From: Isurus oxyrinchus
Lineage: Eukaryota
DNA: 64,000 bases
Assembly: GCA_026770705.1 (NCBI GenBank)
Contig: JANJGN010000036.1
Span: forward strand, 1,178,001-1,242,000
Direction: 5' to 3'
Below, one piece after another: positions 51,811-63,930 of this stretch; the stretch's first letter is position 1, and each line of letters begins with the position of its first letter. The notes under the pieces are model-generated. The model had not been told where the DNA came from. It did no database searches and worked only from the letters and a program-made list of their open reading frames with translations. A program made the position numbers and the translations under genes.

Positions 51811-53340
51811 CTGATTCAGTAAATGATAGAACACAACACAACAGAAAGACACCCACCAGTAACAGCATCTCAATCCAGGACTGATATAGTCAACTCAGGA
51901 GAAATTGCAGCTTTACCAAGGTGACATTTAATTATAATTTAATTATTAATTAATACAAACATCTGGTGCATCGTTATAATCGAAGAATAATTTATTATAT
52001 TTACATACTGACATTTGCCAAGAAATGAACACCCTGTCAGCAAATGGAGTTGCTGAATCAACACTAACTGTCCAGATAAACTAAGGAAAGTTCTGAGTAT
52101 TCGTTCAATGTTTCCTTCAAACTTGAGTTACATGATAACGGTGGGATATCCTTAACAATACTCAAAACAACTTCTACATTTAGCAAATTCAGCCAGCCTT
52201 TGTAGCTCTGAGCAGTAAATGGGGGAAGATAACTGTCTCTTTGTCTCCCGGTTTATATCCACTAGGCTGTGGGTTATTTGGCAAATCCTGTCACTTCCAT
52301 AATGCATCAGAGAGAAACAGACGGGATTCTCATCTGCGACCCCCTTTCTTTTTTGACCTTTTCTCCAATGCAGCCAAGTCCAGTGAGGCGTAGAGAGGTC
52401 CGCCTTGAGTCTGGGAGATATTTTAAACGTCAACAACGAAAAGTATTTTAAAGATAGGTAAGATTGCCCACTCCCACAACTGCATTTCATAGAATCATTG
52501 GATGATACAGCGCAGAAAGAAGTAATTCCACCGATTGTGTAAGTGCTAGCCCTATGAACGAGCTGTGCAATTAGTCCCATTGTACCCTTCTCTGTCCCCA
52601 TATCGCTGCCATTATTTTCACCTTCTACTATTTTTGTATTTCCTTCTTGAAAGTTACTACTGAATCGGTTCCTATTGCTTTCTCAATTTGAGGAAAGTTT
52701 TGCTGCATTTTAAACTACAAGAAACATCTGAATTGATGTTTTCTAACATCGCTGCAGAATTCGCAAAGAAACTGGAAATAATCAAAGTTTAATCAGAAAA
52801 CTGGGTGATGAGTCTATTGATTTGATTGAATTCCTTGATTGTTAATTGGCCAACCCGATTATTGTGTTTCGTCATGTGTCATCTACACAATTTTGTAGAG
52901 TCCACTAAACAGATCACATTTAGAAGAATGACACAAACACAATCAAAAGCTTTGTGTTTTTGTCGCGCCTGTCGCGAACAGAAGAAGCCCCAGAACATTC
53001 AGATCCACTTATTTGAAGTATAGTCTCTGTTCTTGATGCAATGAGGCACTGAATTTACGCATAGTAAGTACCGAAAAACAGCAATGAACTAATGACCTAG
53101 ATAAGTTAATTTTAAAGTGCGGGTTGAGAGATAAATTATGAAACGGGAAACCAGAGAGAACACCCCAGCCACCGCACCCACCATCCCCCAACGCCCCACC
53201 ACCATTCGTCTTGCAATAATGGCAGTACCATCTATCATGCCGACCAGAGAGGTCTAACAGGTCCTCGGTTTAACGATTCATTTGAATTAGACACCTCAGG
53301 GAATGAAGCACACGCTCCGGACGTTCAGTCTAGACCTTCT

Positions 53341-53499
53341 NNNNNNNNNNNNNNNNNNNNNNNNNNNNNNNNNNNNNNNNNNNNNNNNNNNNNNNNNNNN
53401 NNNNNNNNNNNNNNNNNNNNNNNNNNNNNNNNNNNNNNNNNNNNNNNNNNNNNNNNNNNNNNNNNNNNNNNNNNNNNNNNNNNNNNNNNNNNNNNNNNN
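53341..53499. other. Assembly gap
   Basis: Run of N. Confidence 1.
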
Positions 53500-54412
53500 T
53501 TGCAGTGAACTTACAGCAGAAGCAGTTTTAGCCTACGTTTGGCCTGACCTTCATTCTAATTCCATTTGCTAATGTGTTTACTAAATTGGTTGGGTCGGAG
53601 AAGGGGCAAAGTTGTTAAAAGAGGGAAGGGGATTAGACTCACTGTAGAGATTAAAGAAAATAGCACAAATCTAAAATATGAACTGCTGGAAATACGCCAT
53701 TAAATTTGATGGAGACATTCCACCTGGAAAATGGCCCTATCCTTTCTGTTGTCAGATGGGGAAAGGGATTGGGGAATATTTTCTGATTCCAGTTCGAGGG
53801 ATGAGTGGGATTATATACAAATTCAGATGCTCTAGACTATGACCTGCCCTGTGAGAAATGCGTGAAATATTTAGCATGGGAAGCCTTGCACCGTATCCCA
53901 AAAAAATTTGTATGTTATTGCAACAATTTCAAAGCAACTTACTTGTATTGCATCCTGATACGGCCAAGATCCATCTTTTTGATGGTGGTCATCTGTGTTA
54001 TTAATGGTTGAGATAGGAATTGAAATGTTATCCCAGACTGGCTCATTCATAACTATTACAGATATGTCATTCGCCAAAGATATGCCGAAGCACCAATGGC
54101 TCCAGTAATTCTCTTTGTGACCAGGCCCCGAGTCCGTAGAATGTGCCCCAACACGCGAAAGTTCCCTCAAAATTTCAGTGGTGTGAACATCGCCAATCGA
54201 TGGACAAGCACGCTCCACCCACATTGCCTGGCATATATTGTCTTTCTGTCATATTACTGCAACTATTAACAACCAGGAATTGGCATTTTATATGGAAACC
54301 AGAGACAGCAGAGTGGTTGAGAATATAATTGATGGCGGGAAATGCTCTTATGTATCTTTCCAATTCCAAGGACTTGACATTTAATCCGTGCCAAAATCTC
54401 GATGCAACTTAC

Positions 54413-54465
54413 CCGTTTGTCGCTCATTGTGACCTCCTCTTTGCCTTCTCTCCCTCAAGCTGAAC
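54413..54465 (-). CDS. Gene B cytoplasmic exon 2
   Basis: FSLRERRQRGGHNERQT; catccag/gtaagt; phase 2-1; homolog at ~28122-28190. Confidence 0.7.
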
Positions 54466-54696
54466 CTGGATGTGAACAGAATTATCAAACACGTGTTATA
54501 TTTTATGAATACTGGCGCAGGTGCCAGAAATAGGCGAGAAGAGAATGTCAAGTGGCCTTAGAATCAATCTTAAATGCTCACGGAAAATGGCAGCATATAT
54601 CATTGTTATCAGTGTTGGGATTGAACTGGGCTAGGTCCAGTGATAGATATAGAGCGTGGGTTCAGGGTGAACTTTTGAAATGGTTCAGTTACTCAC

Positions 54697-54727
54697 GTTT
54701 CATTGTGGGATCTTTTGCAAGGCTCTC
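54697..54727 (-). CDS. Gene B cytoplasmic exon 1
   Basis: GEPCKRSHNET; tttcag/gtgagt; 31 nt, same length in relic C. Confidence 0.75.
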
Positions 54728-54822
54728 CTGAAAGCAGAAAGTAAATTATCAATTTAAAACTGGAAGGGCATCATTTGAGGCAATCAATTATTAAAATATC
54801 ACTGAAGAATATTAATCCTCAC

Positions 54823-54924
54823 CTGATCTGCCACTTTTACGAATCCAAATTGAAATGAGGACCAGGAGCAGAACCAGTATCACCAGGACAGTTATGATAA
54901 CAGGAAGGACCAGCATGCAAAATC
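54823..54924 (-). CDS. Gene B transmembrane exon
   Basis: GFCMLVLPVIITVLVILVLLLVLISIWIRKSGRS; tctgtag acceptor, G|gtgagg donor, 102 nt. Confidence 0.88.
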
Positions 54925-54999
54925 CTACAGATACAAAATACTTAGAAACTGCTACTCGATGAAATCAACATTTTCTGGTACCCTCTGATGGGAAGCAGT

Positions 55000-55460
55000 C
55001 CATGTGTATCATCGTGCCAGTAGATGCTCTTTGAGAGCGGAACCGAATTAGTGATATTCTCCCTGCCCTTTCTCCCATACGCCTGAAAGTGTCTTTCCAT
55101 TAGTTATTTATCCAATTCCCCTTTTAAAAATTCCTTTTCAATCTGCTTCCAACGCCCTCTCAGGGGGCGCTCTCCAGGCACCATTCAGTGAGTTAAAAGA
55201 GAATTCCCCCCATCTCCCCTGCTAGTTCCTTTGCGATTATCTTCAATCTGTGTCCCTTTGGTTACTGACCCTCCTGCCAGTGGAAACCGTTTCTCCATGT
55301 TTATCCTGTCGAAAAATCTCATGATTTTGAATACCTCGCTTAAGTCTCCCCCTCATCCCTTTCTGCTCTATTGAGAACATTACCAGATTCTACAGTCTCT
55401 CCACAATTACTGAAGTCCCTCATCCCTGGTCCTATTCTGGTGAATCTTCTGTACCCTCCC
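55000..55460 (-). mobile_element. CR1-like LINE 3' fragment in a gene B intron
   Basis: RRFTR..PGMRDFS motif on the minus strand. Confidence 0.7.
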
Positions 55461-55938
55461 CAAAGCATTCTTCCCTGTTTTCCGCTTATAAATTGCATGC
55501 AGTGTGAACTGACCCCAATTTCATCCCAACATCCACTGCCTAAACAGTCCGGCAGAAGTAGATTCAGCATTAACTTTTGGAGGAGAAATCAGATTCTAAC
55601 TTGAAGAGCAAAATGTGGAAGTGTTGTGTAGAAAGGGTGGATCCAATGGGATAACGCTTAAAAAGAGATAGCACTGGCACGATGGGCCGAAGTCGCTCTT
55701 TCCTCATCTATTGTTCTAGGATTGGACGATGTGACCGAGAAATATAAGGCAAGTCGGGAAATTGTTTACAAGGGAAAGTCTACACATGGGGCTAAGGTAA
55801 CACTAACTTATTTTTATCATACTTAGAATATATATATTTATAGCTTGCTTTATAGTTGCAGCTCCCAACAATAAATCAATTTCTCCAATTGACTCTAAAG
55901 TCGCAAAAAAGCCTGCATTGAACACATCGCCTGCTCAC

Positions 55939-56268
55939 CTCCCTCTGACTCTGCTGCTTTCGAGAACGGAAAACTCTTTTTCCAATATTTGCATGGAGAC
56001 CCCAGTTGAACAATACAGGTACAGAGACCGCCACTTCTCCAGGTTTCCCTCGACACCATGACGTGACTTCTGATACTGTAGGTCCCATCCGCCTCCATTG
56101 TACCAGGATCGCTCGGCCCCTCAGTGACCACGCCAGAAATATTCCAGATAATAACAATCTGGTTGGAAGCAACTCCACTGACCAAACACAATAAGGGGAT
56201 CGTTTCCCTCAAATGCAGCTCACCCGGCGGAACAAAGACCAGCACAGCCGTCTTGTTGGTGGAACTGT
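55939..56268 (-). CDS. Gene B C1-set Ig exon
   Basis: AVLVFVPPGE...IPLLCLVSG...IWNISG...DGTYSIRSH...ETWRSGGLCTCIVQ; open 330 nt, ag/gt, phase 1-1. Confidence 0.9.
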
Positions 56269-56357
56269 CTGGACAGAGATTGGGAGACATTTACGATTCG
56301 TTTGCTCCAAATGATAATAATGCGCATGATCTCAATTAATTTCTCTTGCTCTGTTAC

Positions 56358-56678
56358 CTCCAACCAGTAGTGTTGGTCCATTTTGGAGCGGCGCATTGCT
56401 ATCCCTATGAGCACTGTATTAGGAACCCGATTCATTCACCTGGAGATTGCGAATTTCCAGAATCAATTGAAGTTTGTTGTGGCCTTCTTTGGAAATAAAC
56501 TTACAATTGGCCCCCTGACAGGACTGGGTGTCGATTAGTATCGGGGCTTCATCCACACGTTGTTTGTACCAGAAATAACTAGAGACCAATTCCACTCCGT
56601 AAAAGTAGCGAGAGGTTAATTCCACCGTCTTTCCGACTTCAGCTGTCATTATGAAGGGGATCGGAGAGAGCTCGTATT
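56358..56678 (-). CDS. Gene B V-set exon (disabled)
   Basis: TAEVGKTVELT(S)RY...YFWYKQ...APILI...LILEIRNLQVNESGS*YSAHRDSNAPLQNGPTLLVG; ttacag acceptor, G|gtaac donor. Confidence 0.85.
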
Positions 56679-56967
56679 CTGTAACAAGATTGATTATTGT
56701 TACATCACTATCGCTTATTGGGAGATTGTAAGCAGCCGCTATGAAGAACTTCGCCTGTAATATTAAAGTAGTCACATCATTGCCTTTAATTATTGGTGTT
56801 TAGATTAATTCTGCAATTTGAATCCTTCGCTTTCTCGGAGGGAAGACTAAATAAAATCACAGGATCAGGTAAAATCGCTGTACCTAGCCACTAGGTCGTA
56901 TTTTCAGCTTAGTAAACATTGATTTTGGCTGATTCTGCTTTAACATTCTCACGCTCCTCTTACTCAC

Positions 56968-57022
56968 CATAAAGCTGCAGCATTTGGAAAATGAATATCA
57001 GAGATAAATATCCCTTCGACAT
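56968..57022 (-). CDS. Gene B leader exon
   Basis: MSKGYLSLIFIFQMLQLY G|gtgagt, 55 nt, phase 1; same-length relic at 30845-30791. Confidence 0.8.
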
Positions 57023-57260
57023 CTTGATGCGCTGAATTCTCCGTGTTTTCACACTCAGACGATTGTTTGTGCAGGCGGAGTGGCCTCAGACTGACCTGAG
57101 CTCAGTCCCAGTGAGTTGCTCCCCTTTTAGATGCGGTGGAAACTATGACGAGTTATGCTATGGAAAGTATGACACCATTTTGGGTGCGGTGTCGTGGTGA
57201 ATGTCACATGCGTTTGACTTACTGTGGTCTCCGCCTGTGCGCCACAGTTGCCAAGTGGCA
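57023..57260 (-). promoter_or_regulatory. Conserved type II promoter/5'UTR block
   Basis: Paralog of 30846-31085; palindrome 57096-57105, TGTGGT 57223-57228. Confidence 0.55.
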
Positions 57261-58799
57261 GCATGTCTGTTAAGAACTTTACTGCGTTTTTGTTTAGAGT
57301 GGGTGACAGGATATTACTTGTATAGATGTACGTTCAATATTGCAGTTAAGGATTAATTGGATTTAACCACACCCTCCATTGTTATTGAGAAGGTGGCGGT
57401 GACCCAGTTTTAAAATCCTTCATCAAATCGCTTCTCAGTCTTGTCTTTAGAGAAAAGAAACCTAGCCTAATCAGTTATTCCTGTTAGCTATAACTTTTCA
57501 GCTCTGGTAGTAGCCTTGTAAATCTGTCTTCCACCGCCTGCGGTGCATCAATATTGCTTTTGTAAAACTGAGTCCAGGAATGTGCACATTTTATCCAAGT
57601 GTGGCCTGAATAAGTTTCTATAGACGAACTTGTCTTCTTTGCTTTTCACTTATGTTCCTCTGTCTATAAGCCCCGTACTGATTTGCATTTTTCCTGTTAA
57701 GATCACAGGCAGTTGTGTCAAAGAAAACTTCCAATATAATGACTCACAGGGCGAATGAACCATTTGTTTCTTCCGCGTCAGAAACAGGCCAGAACCTAAG
57801 AGCCAAATTCTGCGGATGCTGGAAATCTGAAATAAAAGCAGAAAATGCTGACAAATTTCAGCAGGAAACTCTGAAGAAGAGCCTTAAGGACCCCAAACGT
57901 CAAATCTTTTTCTGTCCCAGACTTGCGGAGTTTTACAACATTTTCTATTATTATTTCAGAACCTGCGGCATCTGTAAGGAATATTTCTCCCGGTTAACAG
58001 AGAGCATTATGAATCTATCATGACTATGTACATTTGCACACCATGTGCTACTACCGCTCTAATTGAAAACTCATTGTAACCAACAAAAGAAACATTCGTT
58101 ACGGCTTAGGAGGTAATGTCTTCGTCAGATTCTTTACCCAAGAATGGATATTGTTCTATTGAAAACGCTGCCAATAAGAAGGCAGGAGAGAATGTATAAC
58201 TCAAATGGATTCTAGCAGGTTTCCAAAGAGATCCACTGATGTCGAAGGCACTAACTTTACTTTCAGTGTGAGGCATCGGAAACTCTCAACCAACAACCAA
58301 ACTATCTTAATTTGGACTGGTTAAGAGAGTAAAAGTTACTTTTGGTGGAGACAGAAACAATTCCCTCACGCGGGTTGAGTGTGTTTGCGTGTGTGTTGGG
58401 TTTGAGGGGGTGGGGTGGGGGTGGAGGTTGGGGTCCTGACCAAGGGGTCATTGCCTTGAAATTATAACCAGGCTGCCCATGGGTGATGCCGGAAACAATT
58501 CGTCCCCCCAAGAAATGGCTGAAATGGTTTAGTTGTTGTGCGTTACTGAAAACATGTTGACCGTAAGGGCTCAGGCACGTGATGACCTCTGCAATTATTG
58601 GGTAATAGATGATTAACACAGATTGTGTTAAAAAATCTCACTTTCCACAGGCCCCTTCACCTTGAGCTCTGTCCCTCTAAAGTATACTATCGTAATCACT
58701 CTATCTCTCTCTCTCTCTGTCACACGCTCGGAGGCAGGCATTCATCATTCGGAGTCTCACTCATTTGCACAGGCACGTTCTCATCTATGAGTGAATTAC

Positions 58800-59015
58800 T
58801 AACTCATGCAGTGATACGGGGCATAGTGACCCTCTCTAAACGCTTCAAGAATTAGGGTATCTGCTTCACCATGTTAGGTTGTTGCACAAGCACATGCATT
58901 TATGCACTGACCCAGAACCGGTTCGGAAAGGAGAGAAAGGAGGGAAAGCAATCAGTGAAAAACCTGAAGAGCTTCTTTTCCTTATTATGCCGATTTCATT
59001 TAAATAAAATGAACT
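58800..59015 (+). pseudogene. Type I relic F: degenerate 5' region/leader, head-to-head with gene B
   Basis: tgcatttatgcactgacccagaa...gaaaggagag matches 33050-33121; AAGAGCTTCTT at 58967 matches the leader start ATGAGCTTCCT. Confidence 0.55.
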
Positions 59016-59564
59016 GAGAAGACATCACGACAGGATGGCGATCACGTGCACCGAGAGAGATGGGCGGGGGGTGGGGAGGGTTGGGGGTGGGGCCAGAGTT
59101 CGACAAAGAGCAGGGACTGCTCACGGGAGCAGGCAAGAGGTGACCCCGGGAGGACTGGAGAGGGAGGAGGCCTTAAAGAGAGTTAGAGCGGCCGCCTGTG
59201 GACAGGACGCGAAACTGCAACAGCCACCGTCTCCGTGACAGGGTCCGTGCTGAAGAATTTTAAACTCTCATGGAATTACTATTCTCCTGTTGAAATAATG
59301 GGCACCCCTTTGGAGGCCTGCTAGCATTTCCGGACTCCTTCAAATGCTGGAAAATCCCATCTTTCTTCATTATTAATCTTCCTCGTTATGTGGCCTCACA
59401 CGTTTGTGTTTATGCAAGTTCCATCGTCCCCCACCCACCCCTGCTCTCCCCGCCCCCAGCTCTCCATACAATCATTCGCTGAGACATAAATTTGCACATT
59501 TCAATCTAGCCACTCTGTGCCCCTCCCGTTTTTTTTAGCATGCAAACGCTTTGCTTTTAAAAAT

Positions 59565-59995
59565 AAAGACAGACTTGTATTTTTGTACGACATTCCACGC
59601 ACTCACGTCACCCCATGGCGATTTTAGGTCAATTAAGGAATTTTTTGAAAGGCCGTCTCCGTTGAAATGTAGGAGCCGCAGCAGCTAATTCGCGCACAGT
59701 AAGCTCCAACAACCAGCAATGAGATAATGAACAGATTTGATTGAGAGGTAAACATTGGCCCCGGAGCACAGTGGTGGACGTCATCCCCGGATACTCTTCT
59801 TCCAATGGAGGCTGTGGGATCTTTTTAATTCACCTGAGATGGCTGACTGGCCCTCGATTTAACATCTCGTCCGAGAGACAGCACCTCAGACAATGCTGGT
59901 CTCTCTCAGAACTGACAATGGGGGATCAGCCTCTGGACAGGGACATGAACCTCCAAGTTTCTGATGCAGTGGTGAGGGAGCTATGCTCTGAGCCA
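59565..59995 (-). mobile_element. Deu-domain SINE (SacSINE1/AmnSINE1-like)
   Basis: Reverse complement contains ttatctcattgctggttgttggagcttactgtgcgcgaattagctgctgcggctcctacatt and gagatgttaaatcgagggcc core motifs. Confidence 0.7.
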
Positions 59996-62900
59996 TAAGT
60001 CACATCTGGTCTGGGATATGTGGGTCAGGCTTTATCAGTTTAAATTGGTGATAACCCTGAACACTTGGATGCCCCTAAAGTCAATTTCCAGGAGTGATGT
60101 TGAGTTTCATTGATAGGGAATTATGGGAAAGAACTAATCAATTTCCTGCTCTTTGTTGAAGGTGAAAAAGAATGAAAATTGAGAGAGTGTATAAGAGTGG
60201 AATGCGTCATTCATGCCAGATACAACATATCTTCTAAAGTTAAAACGTCTTAATTTCAAAATATTTATTCATAGGATATGGGCTTCGCTGACAAGGCAAG
60301 CATTTGTTTCCCATTCCTAGTTCTACTTTAGAAGCCGCCTTCTTGAACCATGACAGTCCCTGTGGCGAAGTTGCTCCACAAATCCATTAGATCAAGAATT
60401 CCAGGATTTTTACCGATAGACAAAGGAGGGAATATGTGTAGTTGTTGTGCAACTTACAGATCGTGGTGCCCCCTGCTGCCCGTGTCATTTGAGGTGGTAG
60501 AGGTTGGAGGTTTGGAGTTTGCTGTCAAAGGGGTCTTGGCGAGTCGCTCATCTCGTGGATGCTACACACAGCAGTCACTGTGCGTTGTTACTGGAGAAGG
60601 TGAATATTTGAGGTTTTGGATGTGATGTCGCTCAAGCAGACTCGCCCAAGGACAGCCTGGGTGCCAAACCCATATCTTCGAGAAAGATTGAAATGAGCAA
60701 CATTGACATAACTGACCATCAGAAAACACACATTTTCCCATCAGAAAACACACACTTCCTGTCTGATGGGCGACAAATTAAATTGAGCTCATTTTGCACT
60801 CTCTGAATGTTCAAATGATCATCCACTTTACTCCTGCAGAGAGCTGATTGAAACACCTGAATGGCTGGATAACTAACCTCCCCTTAACTGGGTACCATAT
60901 GAAGTAGGGAAAAAAGAAGATTTAATCTCCCGTCTGGACTGAGTTAAGTGACCTCAGTGGAAGTCAGAAAATCGAACCAGTTTGTTAGGGGGTTGAAGTA
61001 CCTCAGAGAGCCACATAATATTTTGAAAGGCATTGCACAACTTTGTACTTTATGGCAAAGCGGAAAAGCCATTTTATGTACCTTAGAATTTTTTCTTAAT
61101 AAAGTTGGTGTTTTGGAAAACTAAAGTATTACTCAGTCTACTGCCATTTGTCGCCCTATGGAACGGTAGTTGGTGTTTATCTCAATGTGCATCCCATAGG
61201 CCACCGAGCCATGAATCCCAGGAAAGATGTTGACAGAACACCCTGCACCACTTACCACAGTTGCTTCACAAAAGCACATTGCAGCAGTTAATCTACCCTG
61301 TTTTCCACTTTATCAGAGACCGATCCTTATTGTTCATATCTTTGCTTCCCGCATCTTGTGTGAAACTTGTAAAGTGTGTAACTTTTTCTAGCTCTGATCT
61401 CGGCTCACTGACCTGAAGCATTAGTCAGTGACATTCATGGAAAGGCATGGAGTTAGTGAGTTCCCTGTTAGACAAAGTATTTTCTTGTAAATATCAACTG
61501 CAATTATGTATCTGGTGGATAACATAGAGTACTGGAAGACAGTAATTTGGTTTGCTTCTTCTGCAATGGCAGATTTTAAAGGCCGTGCAATGCGCTTTTA
61601 TGAATTTTCATGAATGAAGTATGTTTAGAAAATATAAAGATTTGTCTCAGCCCCTGACAAAGCCTCATGTCCCCCGGCTCCCCAAGTTTGCAAAACGATT
61701 TGAAGTTTTACACCAGGTTTTGCTGATGGGCTTTGAGTTCACGGAAACATTGCCAACTTCTCTATCTCCTCGCTGGAGAAATGTACCAGGTTCTCTCCAA
61801 TTGAAAGGATCGGTTAATGAAAAACTGGCAGTTTGGCCGCAGCCTGGCCGCTGAAGTTTTGAAATTGCAATGCAAATGCGTTGGATTCTTTTGCAAATCC
61901 TGTCTCCTCCACAATTCATCAGAGAGAATCCGTCCAGATTCTCATCTACCAACCGCCTCCGTTTTTAATCTCTTTTCTAACGCAGCAGGGAGGTGGAGAG
62001 AGGTCTTCCCCGAGACTTGGTAATATATTAAAGATTAACATTAAAGATAGGTAAGTCACAGGTCAGATTATCCCTCCAAAATTTATTAAAGTCATTCCAG
62101 CTTTTTTTTTCTCTGTGAGCCCTGTTAAGCAATGCTCACTTCTATCTTCAGGCTGAACTTGTGGCTGCGCTGACGTTGCCACCATTTGACTTTGATTATA
62201 TTTTACTCCTCCCTCTTGGTGAATCCTTGATGATTTCCCTCTGCTTGTGCAGTAGCGTCGATCCGCCAAAAGAGGGTGGGATTGTATCATTTTCACCACA
62301 AGTTCGAAAAACAGGTTTTCGGAGAAGATGAATTGGCCCTTATTAATTAATTCAGTCACCCAGAGACAAAAGATCACACTTTGCAACCATCCTTGCTTCT
62401 TCTGACATCACATTAGATATTTTACTCTCAACGCAAAATAAGTTCCGTAGCTGATATTTCACGCTGTTGTCCCTGGAATTATTTCTCTCTTTAGGTGTTT
62501 ATTTCTGCTTCTTTCGAGGGTTAATGTTGCGAGCAACAGCTGCGCCAATAACACACACACAGCGAGAGAGAGAGAGGTGGTTAGTAAGAGAATTTGAGGG
62601 AATGAATTGCACATTTAGGGCTTTGTTAGCTCAAGGCGCAGCCAACAATGAACACAGAACATTTACAGTGCAGAAGGAGGCCATTCGGGCTCATAGGGTC
62701 TGCACTAGCTCTCTGAAAGAGAATTCTGCCTAGTGCCACTGCCATGCCTTATCCCCTTAGGTCTTGACATTGTCTCCTTTCAGGGGTTGCATAATAAAAA
62801 TGAGGGAACCTAAAGAAGGGAGAATTAGACCAACACTTACACCAGAGGTTTGTGGAACTGGAAGATATTACAGTTTGGGAGAGATAGTTTGGCGAAGCCA

Positions 62901-63039
62901 GTGCAAAATTCTACCATCATTGTGTGTAGGAGTGTTTCCTGTTTTGACTCTTGTAAGAGTTATGGATAACTGTTAGACTTTGGACTGTTCCCCTAGCCCT
63001 AGATTCCCCAAGCAGTAGAAATAGCCCCTCTCAACCTGC

Positions 63040-63930
63040 CCTATCAGTTTTCATTGCTGGACAGTGTTTGAGGAGTCGGGAGCTGAATTCTTCCCTGCAC
63101 TATTCCTAGCTTCTGGCCTGCACTTGTAGCCGCCGTATTTACATAGCTACTCCAGGTCAGTTTCTGCTGAGTGGTAACTCCCAAGATGTTGATAATCAAC
63201 ATTCAGTTACGGTAATGCCATTGAATGTCAAGGAGCAATGGGTAGATTTTCCCTTGTTGGAGGTGGTCATTGACTGGCACTTTGGTGACACGATTGTTAA
63301 ATGCCGCTTGTCAGGTCTAGCCTTGATATTGTCCAGGCCTTGCTGCATTTGGTCGTGGACTGCTTCAGTAACTGAGGAGTCATGAATGCTGCTGAACATT
63401 GTGCAGTCACCAGCGAACACCCCAACTTCTGACCTTATAATGGAATGAAGGTCATTGATGAAGCACCTGTTGATCGTTAGGCCTAGCACGTCCTCCTCAG
63501 GAACTCATGCTATGATGCCCGGGAACTTAGATGACTGATCTCCAACAATCATAACCGTCTTCCTTTTGGATAGGTATGACTGCAAACAGCAGAGTATTTC
63601 CCACGATTACCAATGGCTCCAGTTTTGCAAGGGCTCCTTGATGCCACACTCAGTCAAAGGCTGCCGTGATGTCAAGGCCAGTCATGCTGAAATTACGTCT
63701 GGAGTTCAGCTCTTCTTTGTCCATTTTTGAACCAAAGCTGTAATTAGGTGAAGAGCTGAGTGACCCTGCTGGAACCCAAACTGAGGATCACTGAGCAGGT
63801 TATTCCAAGAAAGTGTCACTTGATAGCACTGTTGATGACCCCTTCTATCTCTTTACTGATGATCGAGAGTAGACTGGCAGGGTGGCAATTGGCCGGGTTG
63901 GATTTGTCCTACTTTTTGTGCACAGGACAT
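63040..63930 (-). mobile_element. CR1/L2-clade LINE RT fragment
   Basis: ALDI.AAFD.VWH, VP..., CFINDL.SIIRSEVG.FA.DCT motifs on the minus strand. Confidence 0.85.

Larger units (their letters stand above)
51566..57022 (-). pseudogene. Type II non-rearranging V-C1-TM receptor gene B (splice structure intact, V domain disabled)
   Basis: Phase-compatible exons 57022-56968, 56678-56358, 56268-55939, 54924-54823, 54727-54697, 54465-54413, 51810-51566; TAA at 56421-56419 and both canonical V Cys replaced by Ser. Confidence 0.85.

Noticed and set aside
51566-51868. ORF beginning MLLLVGVFLLCCVLS as a secreted peptide with an RGKR site
   Set aside because: The hydrophobic part is intronic pyrimidine-rich sequence; only the part after the acceptor at 51810 is conserved in the paralog
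61620-62500. Possible Ig-like remnants on the minus strand (NCQF...RTWY; VQPED...C)
   Set aside because: Motifs are not in a coherent order or frame and there are no splice boundaries; needs an HMM search
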